The notes beneath the pieces were generated by a model. It saw only the letters and a list, made by a program, of their open reading frames with translations. It did no database searches and was not told where the DNA came from. From Catajapyx aquilonaris (Eukaryota), in NCBI GenBank assembly GCA_000934665.2, contig JYFJ02000340.1:62001-126000 (forward strand): DNA of 64,000 bases, written 5' to 3'. The stretch's first letter is position 1. Each line of letters opens with the position of its first letter. This document shows positions 1 to 13,662 of the stretch, piece after piece. The position numbers and the translations under genes are program-made.

Positions 1-8
1 ATAAAATA

Positions 9-127
9 CAGGGTGACTATAAGGTCTGGACACAGATGTATTTATATTGTTGGTTGACAATTGCTATCCTGGCAAACAACAATATAATATTACCTATGTG
101 TCTAGACCTTAGCTTAGAGTCACCCTG
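9..127. mobile_element. 119-bp hairpin MITE, Tc1/mariner-type
   Basis: TA|CAGGGTGAC...GTCACCCTG|TA; the arms stay imperfectly complementary almost to the centre (taaggtctggacaca/tgtgtctagacctta; tatattgttg/caacaatata). Confidence 0.85.
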
Positions 128-2489
128 TATATTTCATGTTGACACATCTTGATAATAACATTTTTCTTTTAAAGTACCCAGTCGCCCATGATAATAGAAT
201 CCAGTCAGAAAGCTCTCTTTCTCCAAACTCACGAACCGAATCTTGCAGTTACTTCCTTTATCCCAAAAGTTTTGGTTATGCGAAAGTGCAGCAGGTTTAT
301 ACAATGCATTTGTTTACCCGTTGTTATAATTACGCGCTTCGAAAATCCCTTGTACTGGCGAAACTCTGCGCTACCTCTGCTGCATCTGAATTGGCCCAAC
401 TTTTTACTCGGTCCCGGAATTTTACAACAGGGCTTCTTCTGCCGAGTTGTGGATTCGCAAGAAGCTATACCTGGTAGGCGCATTATACCTGTTATTACTG
501 TATTCTGCATTAGCCTGCAGAAATACTGTTTTCTAAAGGACTGGAAAGGAATTCCCATCCGTCCACCCGGCCAGAAGAAACAAAGAAGAGTGCAATGAGG
601 TGAATAGCCCTAGGTTCTACTGCGCTAGACTATAGAGTGGACACGATAGTACACAGCAGCAGCGTCCCAAGCTTGCAATGACGGCGGATGATCCCAAAGT
701 GCAAAGCTGAGTTTCCTTCTTGGGTGGAAAAGACGAAAGGGCCTTGCAGAGAGAGAAGGAAGACTCCTTTCGGTCCAGTTGTGTGCGCCAACAGGTCTCC
801 AGGGCCTAGGACACTGGCCGAGAGAGTAGGCAGGGGGGTGAAAAGGCCGAACCGAAAAGGGGGGTTCCCCGCATCAGCCGGCAAAAAGAGAGAGATAGAG
901 GGGACCATGAGGGGGCCAATGGGGGGAACAGGGGAGCACATTACCCAGGTCTCCGATGGCCCCTGGCGCTTCTTTTTCTGCACCTTATCGCAGCCTCTCT
1001 ACTTCCCAATGGCTATCTGTACATGCGGATCTCTCTGGCTGCTACTCCCCCCCCCCACTTTGGTCCATATCTCCTCTACCTCTGGATGGAAATGTTTTGG
1101 AAAGCTTTATCTCACCACATGAGGCTGCAGCGTCCTCTTGCCACTGGCAATGTTCTTTATGACCAGCCGTTATTTCCACTGGGGATTATTGCAGCAACGA
1201 AACAGCAAGCGCAGCCGTCTTTGCTGCTTACAAACTTGCACTCCGTATCAAAACTTATCGACAAGCAGTCCTCTGCAGATATGCGCCACCAGAAAGGTAA
1301 CGGGGCTCGACTGCTGACAGGAGCAATAATGCTCGGCACAATCCGTTCATTTTTGCCCATCAACGCAATGGTGCCATTTTAGTCGGGGTTGCATATCCGG
1401 TGACGTGAGTTTGGGGTTACTTATTCATTTTTGGGCCAAATCGCCGAGACAGCTTTTTTGGAGCATGTGCACATAGGCAGACTGGAATTTTTGGCTGACA
1501 CTGTCAAATGACTTCGACAATGTGGAAAAACTGAACGGTTTATATGCAGATGGCTGGTCCCTTCCCCTTTATGCTGTAGAGAGTGTAGACCGACGGGCAT
1601 ATCGATTTCAATTGCAGCTATACTGAATTTTCATAAATGTGATGTAACGCAGTGTTTGAAATCCTACCCAAAATCCATTTTAAAATCCCGGTTGGGAACA
1701 AGCATAAATAACAAAAACACGTCATCGAAACTGATTTTCCAAAGAAACTGTCAGTGTACTGTGTGTGTACAGTACAGTGCTTATCACTAAACGAGGCAAT
1801 TCGAGATTTGGTCAATACCAATCCTCCTTTTGAATGCGTATATGCTCGTCTACATTTCCCTGAAAAAAAAATTCAAACGCTTCTAGTCTATCACCAGGTT
1901 GAACTTGATTCGCACGCTCTGTTCAAATACTTCACAATGTCATTATATACCCAACGGTATGACAGGCACTCTCTGCAAACGCGGAGGTTAAAAAGTAGGT
2001 AAGCCGGGCTTTGGTTTCATGACAAAAGCATCTAGCACTCTCCGATTTTTTCGAAATAAATGTGCCACTTTTTTGACGCAAAACTCTCTTCTGTGCTGAG
2101 CACATCACCCTCTCGGACACATCAATTGAGTTCATTTGGTGGGTGCAACTTTGAGGAAATTTGATTCGTTCCGGCTCTTGCCCCATAGGCTATATATATA
2201 CTGGTGCTATATACACGATACTCTTCACGGCCGGAGTATTACACTCGTGTGAATGGCATATCATTTTTTTTTGGGTGGTAATGTAGTGCGTAAACATGCA
2301 CGGTAGTACCCTGCTGTATTGAAATGAAACATGCTCATTTAACGCGCATTTCGTTGTCTGCGTTCTGTTTCGCTGCTAGCAAAGCTCGGTCATGTTCCCA
2401 TGCACTACTAATTATCGACTCGGCCTACTTGCTGTTCTGCATTATAATTATAGTTTTACTCAACAGATCAGAAAACAGCCACACTGAAA

Positions 2490-2857
2490 ACTCGGCATGT
2501 ATAATTTGATACACTTGGGCCGGGTTGCACCGGCTCCCGGAAAATTTGCCTGGCCGAAGAAGAGCCAGGATAGTTTGTTATTCATTGTTGACAACAATTA
2601 TTAATAACAAACTAACCTGGGTCTTCTTCGGCCAGACAAATTTTCCGGGAGCGGGTGCATAAATGCTGCCGCGCATTATGACAAAATTATTCAAAAGTGT
2701 TAAAAATATATTACACACTAGGTGCGCTTGACTGTGTGTGAAAATACACCTGAATTGAGTAAACTGCATCGACTCATGCGATGTGTGTTCTCACACACTA
2801 TTGTGCACTATTTTACACCATTTATGCACCAAGTGTGTTAAATTATACAAACCGAGT
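2490..2857. mobile_element. Degenerate inverted-repeat element hosting a nested hairpin
   Basis: 2490-2518 (actcggcatgtataatttgatacacttgg) is the reverse complement of 2829-2857 with 4 mismatches; complementarity resumes at ggtgcataaatg after the nested insert. Confidence 0.6.
2517..2659. mobile_element. Hairpin MITE, possibly PIF/Harbinger-type, right end truncated
   Basis: Near-perfect foldback 2526-2659 (tgcaccggctcccggaaaatttg.../...caaattttccgggagcgggtgca). The left end begins GGGCCGGGTTGCAC; no matching right terminus or TSD. Confidence 0.7.
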
Positions 2858-4708
2858 GGACGCATTTATTATTACGATCCTGCTTAAGGCTGAGAGTCAA
2901 GATTTTGAGGCTGGCTATGAATAATGTGGCAAGTTCCAAGTTTGTGCAACAAAAAAAGAAGAGTCGCGGTAAGTTTGGAGACAATCAAAGAAACTTGCTA
3001 CAGTACACTCCAGAAGTGGGTGGCGAATGAGCCATATCTAATGTATCCCGCCGAAACATAATGCCATTACTTGAATGATGGCAAGAGATGATGGTTAGGT
3101 CCCCCTCTCCCCTTTGTTTGCAGACTTGTGACTGCATATATCTAGCTCTATTTGGAAGTCGAGCGTTGAGAGGTTGGATGGTAGGGGTTGAGTAGAAATC
3201 CCCAAGATCCCACCGAGATCAAAGTCGATGCCATTTAATTGTCAGCACAAGTCAGACGGATTTGAGACGCAGGAGCTTTAGTTGAGTCCCCTGTAGCATG
3301 TCACACTCTTGGGGTGTTGGTTATAGGCAAGTTTGTCCTGCGGAAGAATGTGTAGAAGGGAGGTGTGGGTCGGTGGAGGCAAAGCATTGATCCGGCAAAA
3401 GCCGCCATGCCCAATGGCCAGACGGCAATAAATTCAATCGGGCAGTCTCAATTTGCTTGCAGTCTTGGGTAGAGGGAAGAAGCGGGGTGGGAGAGGGGGT
3501 TATCGGCGATCCCACAGCCGCCGCAAAGGGTCATGCGGTGGCCTCGGACAGGATTAGAGAGAGAGTAGGTGGGGGTGGGTGGGCTTGCTCGCAGAGGCTG
3601 GCCTTCAAATAAGGTGGGCAATTTTGCGGCGGCTGACCAGGAGCTGGATCAATTCCCGCCTGAGAGCGCCACAACTCTGGGAGACCTGGTCTGGCCCATC
3701 CAATCGCCTTAAGCTGCACTCACTCTACACATCCACTCTGCTGGACCTCCATCATCACCCTCTCTCTTCTTTTGCTTGTGCAAACCCGGGAGTGTACGTG
3801 CATGACTTATTGGAGTGAGTCAGTGTGCAACCCCTCACAGTGGCGGAAGGTCCCCTAGATTTACGACAACGACTTTGCTCGTCCGCGTCTCCCTTTGATT
3901 TTTCTTCTCTGCAGACAACACGAAAAAGACCCGAAGTCACCTCAGGGCAGGCTCTTCCCAAAATGGAATGGCCGCGTCCCCCTTTATTTGCGAGTGGCTC
4001 TTCGCTGATGAGATCGCACGTTTCGGGCTCTTCTCGCATTTCTCGGCATTTCAGCCGTGACTCGCTCCAACTCTACGTCGTGCTGAGATTTCCAAACAAA
4101 ACACACCCCGCCTCAGGCACCAGCTCTTTGGGTTGCCCTCTAGGCTCAGTTTGAATTCGGATGACACAACTGATTACCTGAATAAACACGGTCCAATTTT
4201 TTGATGCAAACAGGCCGAATTAAATGGGGCCAAGTGGCAGCCGGAGAGAAGGAAGAATGTTCAGGGCTATTCCAAAAGGCGTGTGTCGCTGGCATAGTAG
4301 GAGCGGGGATGCTCAAGAGCTCCCAAATGCACCCTGATAGTCTCTTAGGCCCTGACTTGCAGGCATTTGTGTTGGCAGCGGCTTGGCCCAGACTCCAGCT
4401 GACAGACATGGATGAAAAGGGCGCATGTGACTGTCTTCCTCCATTCCCAAATGAGCTACAGTACAGTAGCTGCACACTGATGAGCCAGGCTGGGGGAAGC
4501 AAGGCAACACCAGCCAACGCCTTTCTTGTCACATCTTCCGCATGGAGTGACAATACCCTGACTGGAAGTTATTTAGCGTTACATTAAGCGTGTAATATTT
4601 TTGGCGGACGGTGGGGAGGACACAATTTGCAGCAAGGCTTTCAATTTTGCTGGCGCTGCAACCGGACACATGTAACCGCCCGCCGCAGTAAACCGCGTTT
4701 ACTATGTA

Positions 4709-6089
4709 TAGTCAGGACGTTAAGGGACTAAACTGTGCATTTGGTGAAAAAAAGCATGAAATTTGGTACGAATGACCCTGAGACCATACTCTTCAAATCT
4801 AGATATGGCGCCACCTCCATTTCGGCCCCGGAGGCCCGTAATTGCGGGTTGGCTACCTTGGAGCGAGTAAAAAGTCTCTTTCAGAGCGAACTATGCTTCT
4901 CAGGCGGATATGTACCAAACAAAGGTTGTAGAGAAACATATATTAGGCTATACACCGAAGCAGTTTGGAGGAGGGGATATGGTGTCCGACTGCTAATCGG
5001 GAGGTCCTGGGATCAAATCCCGGGGCCGGAAACTCTGACCGTGGTTTTCTGTGGTTTCCCACGGTCCTTCCAGGAAAATTCCAGAGTTGCTTCCGTAATT
5101 AACAGGCCACAGCCGCTTCCTTCCGTCCCTATCCTATCCCAGAGAGCACCGTAAAATGAAAAGCAAAGAGTTCCAGGCAAAACAAACTTTCCCCCCAAAG
5201 AGCCGATGGCTGATAACGGGATATGAATTATTAATTATTAATTATTATTACATTAGGCTATACAAAAAGTATAGAGTACCTTTTCCACGTAGAGTCCTTA
5301 TTTTCGGAGCTACAGTGACTTGAACCCATAGTCATGGAATTGAGGGACGAAAAAAGGGTCAACCCCTGCACTTGGTGACTTGGTATTGTACAAATGTCAT
5401 TGAGACCCTACTATTCAAATCCTGATATGGCGCCACACCAATTTTTGCCCTGGAGGTCCGTAATTGCAGGTTGGCTACCCTTCAGCGAGTGAAAAGCCTT
5501 TTTCAAGTCGCTGTAGCTCCGAAAATACGGACCGTACGTGGATAAGGTACTTCATACTTTTTGTAGAATACATGTTTCTCTACAACCTTGTTTGGCACAT
5601 ATCCGTCTATAAGAAGCATAGTTCGCTCAGAAAATTCACAATTTTCACTCGCTTCAAGGTAGCCCACCCGCAATTACGGGCCTCCGGGGCCAAAACGGGT
5701 GTGGAGCCATATCTGGATTGGAAGAGTATGGTCTCACGGACATTCTTACCAAATTTCACCAATGCACGGTTGACTTTTTTTCGTCCCTTAATTGGGTTCA
5801 CGTCGCTGTAGCTCCGAAAATACGGACTGTACGTGGTAAAGGTACTCTATACTTTTTGTAGTATACATGTTTCTCTACAACATTTGTTTGACACATATCC
5901 GCCTAAGAAGCATAATTCGCTCAGAAAAAGACTTTTCACTCTCTTCAGGGTAGCCAACCCGCCTCCAGGGCGAAAACGGGCGTGGCGCCACATCTGAATT
6001 TGAAGAGTATGGTCTCAGGGACATTCATACCAAAATGTTTTCACCAAATGCACGGTTGACCCATTTTTTGTCCCTTAACGTCATGACTA
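4709..6089. mobile_element. Foldback-type non-autonomous DNA element built from ~290-bp subunits
   Basis: Terminal inverted repeats tagtcaggacgttaagggac (4709-4728) and gtcccttaacgtcatgacta (6070-6089), 1 mismatch. Two forward subunits (the second partial) are followed by two reverse subunits starting near 5508 and 5801. Confidence 0.85.
4955..5251 (+). mobile_element. tRNA-derived SINE inserted in the foldback element
   Basis: 13-bp TSD ATTAGGCTATACA (4942-4954, 5252-5264). tRNA-like head with anticodon-type arm tccga-ctGCTaa-tcggg and B-box-like GGATCAAATCC (5010-5020); (ATT)n-like tail. Confidence 0.9.
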
Positions 6090-9000
6090 GTAGCCGTACG
6101 GGTAATGTCACTACAATTGTTCAGCACTGGAAATCGTAAAACTGGATAAACGGGGCTTATCTCTATACAAAAATAGTTTACAAAGGAATTATTTGGGATC
6201 AAAGTTCTCGTAAGGCCCGGATCTGCGGACAACAATAGTACTAACAATAGTTCATATCTGGATATAACACATGCACCTGCAAACAGGCCACTATAGTCTA
6301 CAATGGTCATTGCATCGGATTTTTTTCTCCGTCATTCAAAACTAGCAGTGCGGTACAAATCCCAGCCTGTCCTCTTTCATACAATTTTTATCCCATTTTT
6401 ATTATCACATGTTATTCCGAAAACGAGATTGTCAGCTCAGCAGGTGATATTATTCTGCGTAAATGCAAAATGCGAACATAATAGAACGGAATGATGGTAG
6501 CTGTCAAACCTTGCACTTGCCACACTTGGATTTTTTAGAGCGCCTGCATGCTGTCAGAATTTAGATGCCTTTATTACATTCAGCTCGTGTAATCTGTATA
6601 CCCTCGTTCCAATCAAGCTTATTTATGGCTCCGATCCTGACAGACTGACCTATTGGATGAAACTTTCCCAGTTAACTAACACGAGTCTGTTGGCATTCGA
6701 ACTGGCAGCACTGAGCATGACGTCTCTCCATATGTCACGGGATGTCACGCCCACCTCCCCACACCCATATGACTACATGCATGTACCATTGTCTATAACA
6801 CAATAACGATATTTTGTCACTGCCAAAATTTTCAGGATAGCAATTTTTTACAGCAGAAAACCAATGAATATTTCAACAAGTTGTTACACGAGAAACGTCT
6901 TCAGACTAGTTTTGCAGAAATGGAAAGCTCGTGAGATATGAAAAATGCCACATCCTCTATTGTCAGTCTCTCAGATCAATAGGTTTACTAGTAGTCTGCC
7001 AAAGCCAGTTGAAAACATCCGCAAAGCAAAGACTTCCGGCAATGGGAGTCTATTTTCCTGATGTTATTTTTAGCTGACTCTGGGAAGTCCATAAGCCTAC
7101 AAAGTAAATCTATGAATAAACATAGACGACACGACACGATTGTATTCCAGTCACCACGAATAGTTCCTCCATTGCTAGTTAAAATATTGTTTCGCCATTA
7201 AAACACCAGCCTGTAAAATTATTACTATGGCAGCAGAACCGTGTTACAATAATGTCCGCAGGTTCGAAAGGTAACAAACAAATAAGCTATTTCATTTGAA
7301 ATACAGGCTCGTGTCCTTCAGGTTGAGCGGTGGACATTTCCCAACTTAATTTCCCATAAGAATGATTAAGTAATCTGATTTGGAACCGATGGCAACGAGG
7401 TCTGTCCAAGATTGAAGTTCACGCTTGGTGCGTCGCTCGAACAGTGTAAACTGTTGGCGTGGCCGCGTGTTGTCGAGGTCGGTTCAAGAGAGAATTGCCC
7501 TCAGGCCCATCCTGAAACGTTTGTCAACCATGTGCCTCTATAGCTTGCCACAAAGTCTACTCGCCAGGGGCTACAAGCGGCCCAGCAAAGTCCTCGTCTC
7601 GGTTAAGTACACTATGGGAAGAGAGGTGCATAGGTTAGCTAGTTGGCCAGGAATTTCAACCAGGTTATATCCCTTGTGTACGTTTCACGCTCTCATATAC
7701 TGCGCTTTAACTAGTCGAGATTATTTATCTATGGATTTACATGGTTTTTTGAAGACACGTGATATTTTGTGTGAATATGACCCAAATTGATGATTTGTTG
7801 TCGACAGTTCACTCTGGAAATAATTATCCCAAATGGTTATGCCTCTTAAATGATGACAACTTGTATAATTATGTATGCAGTGATGCGATTAGAGTGGCAG
7901 AAATAATTTTTCAATTAGGCCTATACCTGTAACGTTTTCACGTTTTCATATTGAAAGTCCAATTAGAGAAATTATTGTGGGAAATAACTGACTGTAGACA
8001 TATATCTTTAAGCATGCACTTATATGGCCAACTGCTTGCTCATTTTCTGCAGTTAGCTAATCAACGCGATTGCAGAAGGAAATAGCTATGCACTGCATAA
8101 AATTATGGGTGTGTCGTAACTCAGTTCAAACGAGATCACGCCCAACTACACAGCACGCCAGCGTTAATGCATTACGATCAAAAGCATTTTTTTGATGAGT
8201 GAGATGCCCCCAGCGGGAGAAATGCCCAATGAAAAATCTCGGCGGTGAGAAGGGTGTAGTCTTGTGATCTATAATTAATTTTGACATAATCATGGAAATT
8301 CTGCGGTTTTCACGCGGGATATCGCATTTATTTAGCCGCTATGGCGTAAAAATGCGGGTTTTTCTGTGTTGAATATTCAACTGCAACCATATGGTGTTTT
8401 AATTCCATTAAAAGCGAAGTGTGGATTATTAACAGAATTTGTCTAATACTCTCGCAAACTATTATTTTGATTACATTTTCGTGGTGAGAAGATACATTAT
8501 TTATCATCGAGCTTAAGTAAACCCACCGTTGTTGTTTACAGAGAGCATTATAATTTATTCCTTACCCTCACCTGCAGCACAGTACGAATTGCAAGTGTTT
8601 AGACAGTTAATGGCACATACGAGAAAGCGCTATAGGTCATGTTACTAATGTGCAGTTATTATTTCATTTGCATTTAGCAGATGCATTAGCAAGGAGCTCT
8701 GTCAGTACCAGTGTGTAGTCAGCAGTAATATACTTGTATTATTCCCACTATAGGTAGCGATATAATATGAATTTAGTGTCTATCAATAATTCATGTCACT
8801 GGATCCAAAGGTATATGTCAACTTCAGACACACTTCCTCATTAGCACGTCATTTGCATAAAGTCACATCATAATGTAGTGACGCATTCCAAGTACGAGTA
8901 TCTCATCAGCGGAGAGCTCTACGTATGAAGTCACATGCAAACCCTTCTAATTCATCAGTAATCATATGCTAATAATATTTTCTACACTTTTGTCAGTATG

Positions 9001-12000
9001 AAGTCAAATGCTCTTCTATACTAAGGGCATAATGCACCTCACAAAAAGCAGGCTACTTTACGGAGTCCATGGCTGATTTAGGTAGCATGTTTTTCCACCT
9101 CCCCCTTCGGAAGAAAATGCACACGCATACCTGAAAAGAGAAATAATATTCATTAGTCTCATTTCCAACCAAAGATATTGCATTACAGTTTCACAAAAGA
9201 ACACACCAGAAATTCACTTTTATCATAAATGGGTAGAAATATTCTCCTTACTTCCCTGAAATTAGCGTATGAGAAATGACGTGGGCTGAATTGGGTTTGA
9301 ACACCAATCCATTTGGAAGGACGCTAGGGAAAATGTCCACTGAATTTAAAAAATCTGACCACAATCATGTCTCGTAATCAAGTCAAAATGATTGGGCATA
9401 AAACAAGGGTGGCCTCCCTGGAGAGAAATGTGTCGGCATCAGGGGGCCTGGTGGCCCAACTAACAGCAGGCTGGCGGAGGCAAGGAGAAATACGCCTGGG
9501 ATTATTTAAAATCCCAGCAGCGGGGCAGTGGACCCATAAGCCACACCACGTACTGTACAACTCCTGCCTATACTCCACCCCCGTCAGACACTGTACAGCA
9601 GCATATACCTACTTGCAGCCACTTTACTGTACTCGACTATACCGTACCCTGGAACACCAGGACATTACGGGTGCCGCTCTGTTACTCTGGCACTCTCTGG
9701 AATTCGCCCTCGTACATACCCGGACTTCCACACATGATAGTGTGCTGTCCTCACAATGTATTGCGACGGAATGCTGCGCGTGGTTTGCCAACACCATGAT
9801 TATAAAATTACTTTATACTCATATTGAATGTCAAAAATTATTGAGGTAAGCTAAGTCTATTTTGTTATGGTAAGCAGGTATGTATAATCAGTTGCTATGG
9901 CAACTACTTGCATTGGACCAACTACGGAAGTTCAAATAATTTGCACACCGTGCATGGTTCACACATGGCAAACTATGCAATTTAATTAGGACCCCCTTCC
10001 TGTCCAAGCCAGCATCCTGAATTCCTCACGGAGAGCGGCTGCAACATTACCTTGTGCCATATTTAGTAATAAAATGCGGAAATATTTTACAGCTCATATA
10101 TTATACACAGGCGGTGCTTCAGAGATATACTGTACATGTCATATGAGAACAATGAAAATATTGGGCCAAATGCAAGAAACTAAGCCGTGAGTCACGAAAT
10201 GATTGCGTCATCAAAACACCAGAAATCCCCAGATGACAATCATATCGATCCTTGCAGTTCTAGTATATGCATTGGGGTTAGGAGTGTCAAAATAAATTTG
10301 CAGGAGCTTTAATCAATACCCTGCATCCAAATATTCAGCTATATTTCAGTTATTAAATACATTCTTGTTAATATAATTATACAAGGGAGGTAGAAATGAA
10401 AAAAAAAAAGGATCGGATTACATTTCATTTATAGGGTGTACCAGTATTGGAGCCTAAATAGTTACCGTGGCTCTGGTAGCATGATACAGTATAATTATAG
10501 GAATAGGAAATGAGTCCAGGTTCTGCAAAAGTACCCTGGAGCCTTTGTGGGCTTGACTTGGCAGTCGCGTTCAGTTTGGGCCCTTTTTAGTCATAATGTT
10601 TGACTCCTTTGTGGCTAAACTGGAAAAGTTAGGCATAATCCTAGCCGGATATTCCTTTGACAAAGTAATTCATTGCATCCCTGCGTGGCGAGCGGAGGAA
10701 ACAAAGAAATATGGCCCCATCTGTGACAAAGTTTCCGTCTGGAAGTTGGTAAACAAGCCAGTAATAGGGCGAAATGCATCCGCTGCCAGGCTGATGCGCA
10801 GGGTGCGTATGCGTACAAAACATCCGGCACCATAAGGCTTACAACTTATTTTTCCAAAATATTTTAGGAAAGGCGTGGACAAGGTAGGCTTGGCAATCAT
10901 TATTTCAGCTGCCACTCTAGGCAGCCCCAAACGGCTTGGCTAATTAGCAGGAAATTCAGTTGCGGCTGCAAACGTGGACGTCGTTCTTGTCCATATATAG
11001 CCGTGAGATCCGGCTATAAAATGGATTATGGCTACATTCATCGCGCTGCTGACAAGTACAATGAAGCATAAAATATGTGCCGGGTCCCCCTGTGCAGGCA
11101 GGATAAACTTATAGGGTGTGACAGTAATACAGTTCAATCCACCTGTGCGGCTCCCTATAATCATCCGGATACACCGGTACCCGGATATTCGGTAGTAAAT
11201 GCATCGTGTACGGTGCTATGAATGCTACAGCCCCGATCTTTCACACGGCCATCCAGACCCGGCACAAGCATCTCACTCGCATATTGATTTCCGATACGGG
11301 TATCGATACGGGCTCCAAATTAAGGAGTGTGGTCACACTACAATCGAGTAGATATATCAAGCACTCAAATGTGATTGAACAATGTGAACATTTCCTGGCA
11401 GCCTCGGCAGTAAAACAGGAACAGTGGTGGGCATTCACCAGGTGGTGTTGTCACAACCCCTGTAACTATAGACATCAGCAGCTGCGCAAAGGCACACGAG
11501 CTTGTATTTGGCGCAATATGACCACATTGGAGCTGGTCTTCACTCGTGGTCCAGAAGGCTATAGTGTGACGCAATCAACTATGCCTAAACAGGGACCAAT
11601 AGTTTCACGGCGAAACTAGCAATCAAGTGATGAGCTGATTACGTGTGAAAACAAACCAGGTCCGCTTCATCAATAATTGTTTGCGCTTCAAATGCATTTA
11701 TCCTCTGGTACAGCCTGATGTTGTTGCAAATAGAGTGTAATTAATTTTAAACTCGCGTTAGACTAATTTTGTCAATGGATTCCACCAGTCGCCCTCCAAA
11801 TCACTCTAAATTTGTTTCACCACCGGTCATCTACACTGATGGTCTCGCCGGACACTCTGCAATCTTAATTGGTGACGCTCGTTAGGCCGGAGCCCGCTCA
11901 AAATAATGCAGTATAATTATGACAACCGGCAATGTTCCATAACTCATGAGACAAAAAAGAGCGTGACACAAACTCTCCCTGGTCACAATGTCGAATCGTA

Positions 12001-12695
12001 AAAAGTAATCTCCTTCCATATAAAACGGCGTGGAAATCAAAGCTATCCTTAGTGTGCAGACTACTTATTTAAAGAGGTGTTCTGCCAATGGAAATGTTCA
12101 TGTAGCACCTGCCTGCTTTATGACTCGTTTGCTTCGGTGCCATTCGCAGATAAGGACGGTTAGATCGTAAACCATCCAGTTCCGGCGGCCGAAACGCCTC
12201 TTCTGTCCATTTGCTCATTAATTTTCATACTCCATCCGCTAATTGCCGCAATAAGTAGTAATGAAGGCACGACATTACTAATCACGTACAGTATCGCCAT
12301 CTTGGTGACCTCGCCCTGGCAGACACAGCCTTCTAAATGCCGCCCGGGATTATTAGCTTTGGATTTTACGCACGTTCCGCGCCTGCTGATACCTATAACG
12401 TTGCGCTTTTCACTGTACCCGGTTTTTACTAAGAATAACATGTGAAGCGACGTTGCCTCCCACCAACCACTCTTGCGTGACCAATGCTATGCACACATTC
12501 AACTGTAGTAATAATTCAACGGTAATCGGTACTGCACATGGGTCCCGCAATATCGCAAAATACGCTGTTTTTTGAAAAAACTAGATATTTGAAAAAACCA
12601 GTTCATCTCAATATGTAGTACAGTGCTCTGAATCCCTTTCTACCCCCTAACACACTTGTGCAATAAGGCAAAAAAATGCATTGAAGCCCCCCCCC

Positions 12696-12696
12696 N
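12696..12696. other. Assembly gap or ambiguous base
   Basis: Single N immediately after a C homopolymer. Confidence 0.95.
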
Positions 12697-13179
12697 AAAA
12701 AACCCTGCTGGGTTGTAACAGTAGAATGGGTCCTGGCAGGGAAACGAGGGCTAGAAAGCCGCGCTGGCTGGCACACAGGGCGGGAATAATTTGTGCCCAT
12801 AGCTGCTGAGGCGGCATACCGTACGAATGAATTGAGTCAGGCCACTGGGTTTCCTTCCTCCCCCTGCTGCTAGGTCCTCTTCCGGACACGTAGACTACAT
12901 ACATATACAGTATCTGGCGGTGCAGGCAGATTTCTCGGGCCTCGAGCACGACTGTTTCCGACATCACTTTTCGCCAGAACCAGAATCCCAACTGCTTGAC
13001 CCCCAAAATGGCTGCTAGTGTTCTAATTTTGGGTGGAAAATGGGGCCACTCTGACGCGCTAATCTCCATGTCCGGCCTTAGGTTGGCAGGAGTCTTTCCA
13101 GATCTCCAGCCGCTGTGTCCCAAGAAAATCCAGGCTTATAGGGACCAGTCTTGTGCAAGGTACGAAAATTACAAGGGTA

Positions 13180-13321
13180 CTATAGGACTCAAATTCTTTT
13201 GGCCACTCTATCCTGGTCTTGAAGCAACCCGTCACACACACATACGTCCTCACCGTGGGGCCTGTGCGAAGGGTTGCTTCAAGACCAGGATAAAGTGGCC
13301 AAAAGAATTTGAGCCCTATAG
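13180..13321. mobile_element. 142-bp hairpin MITE with TA flanks
   Basis: TA|CTATAGGACTCAAATTCTTTTGGCCACT...AGTGGCCAAAAGAATTTGAGCCCTATAG|TA; arms of about 50 bp with 2 mismatches. Confidence 0.85.
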
Positions 13322-13331
13322 TATACATATA

Positions 13332-13662
13332 CAGGGGGACCCATCTTTTTTGTCCGAACAGTTATCGGAAAATTGCGCGTAGCTGCTACTTTTTAAGCAG
13401 TGACTTGTAACCGGTGATTAGTCGGAGGAATGGGGAATGGGGAAAAAGAGGGTCACACATCCCATGGCATGTGTGATCCTCTTTTTTTCCAGGCTTGACC
13501 TTCAATTTTCAGCGGGAAGCACGTATGCCACTTCAACCTACGATTCGCAGGGAATATTCCCATTTCCTCCGAAAAATCACCGTTTGCAAGTCACTGCTTA
13601 AAAAGTAGCAGCTACGCGCAATTTTCCGATAACTGTTCGGACAAAAAAGATGGGACACCCTG
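13332..13662. mobile_element. 331-bp MITE, Tc1/mariner-type
   Basis: TA|CAGGGGGACCCATC...GATGGGACACCCTG|TA; about 100-bp TIRs; an additional internal hairpin at ~13441-13490. Confidence 0.9.

Noticed and set aside
4004..4500. CTGATGAG motifs as hammerhead ribozyme cores (~4005 and ~4477)
   Set aside because: No stem II followed by GAAA and no compatible flanking helices.
4735..5811. Repeated ETILFxSRYG…APEARNCG peptides
   Set aside because: These are translations of the foldback element's subunits, and frames are not preserved between units.
12533..13177. Possible larger DNA-transposon fragment beginning CACATGGG
   Set aside because: No matching opposite terminus, TSD or coding remnant could be found.
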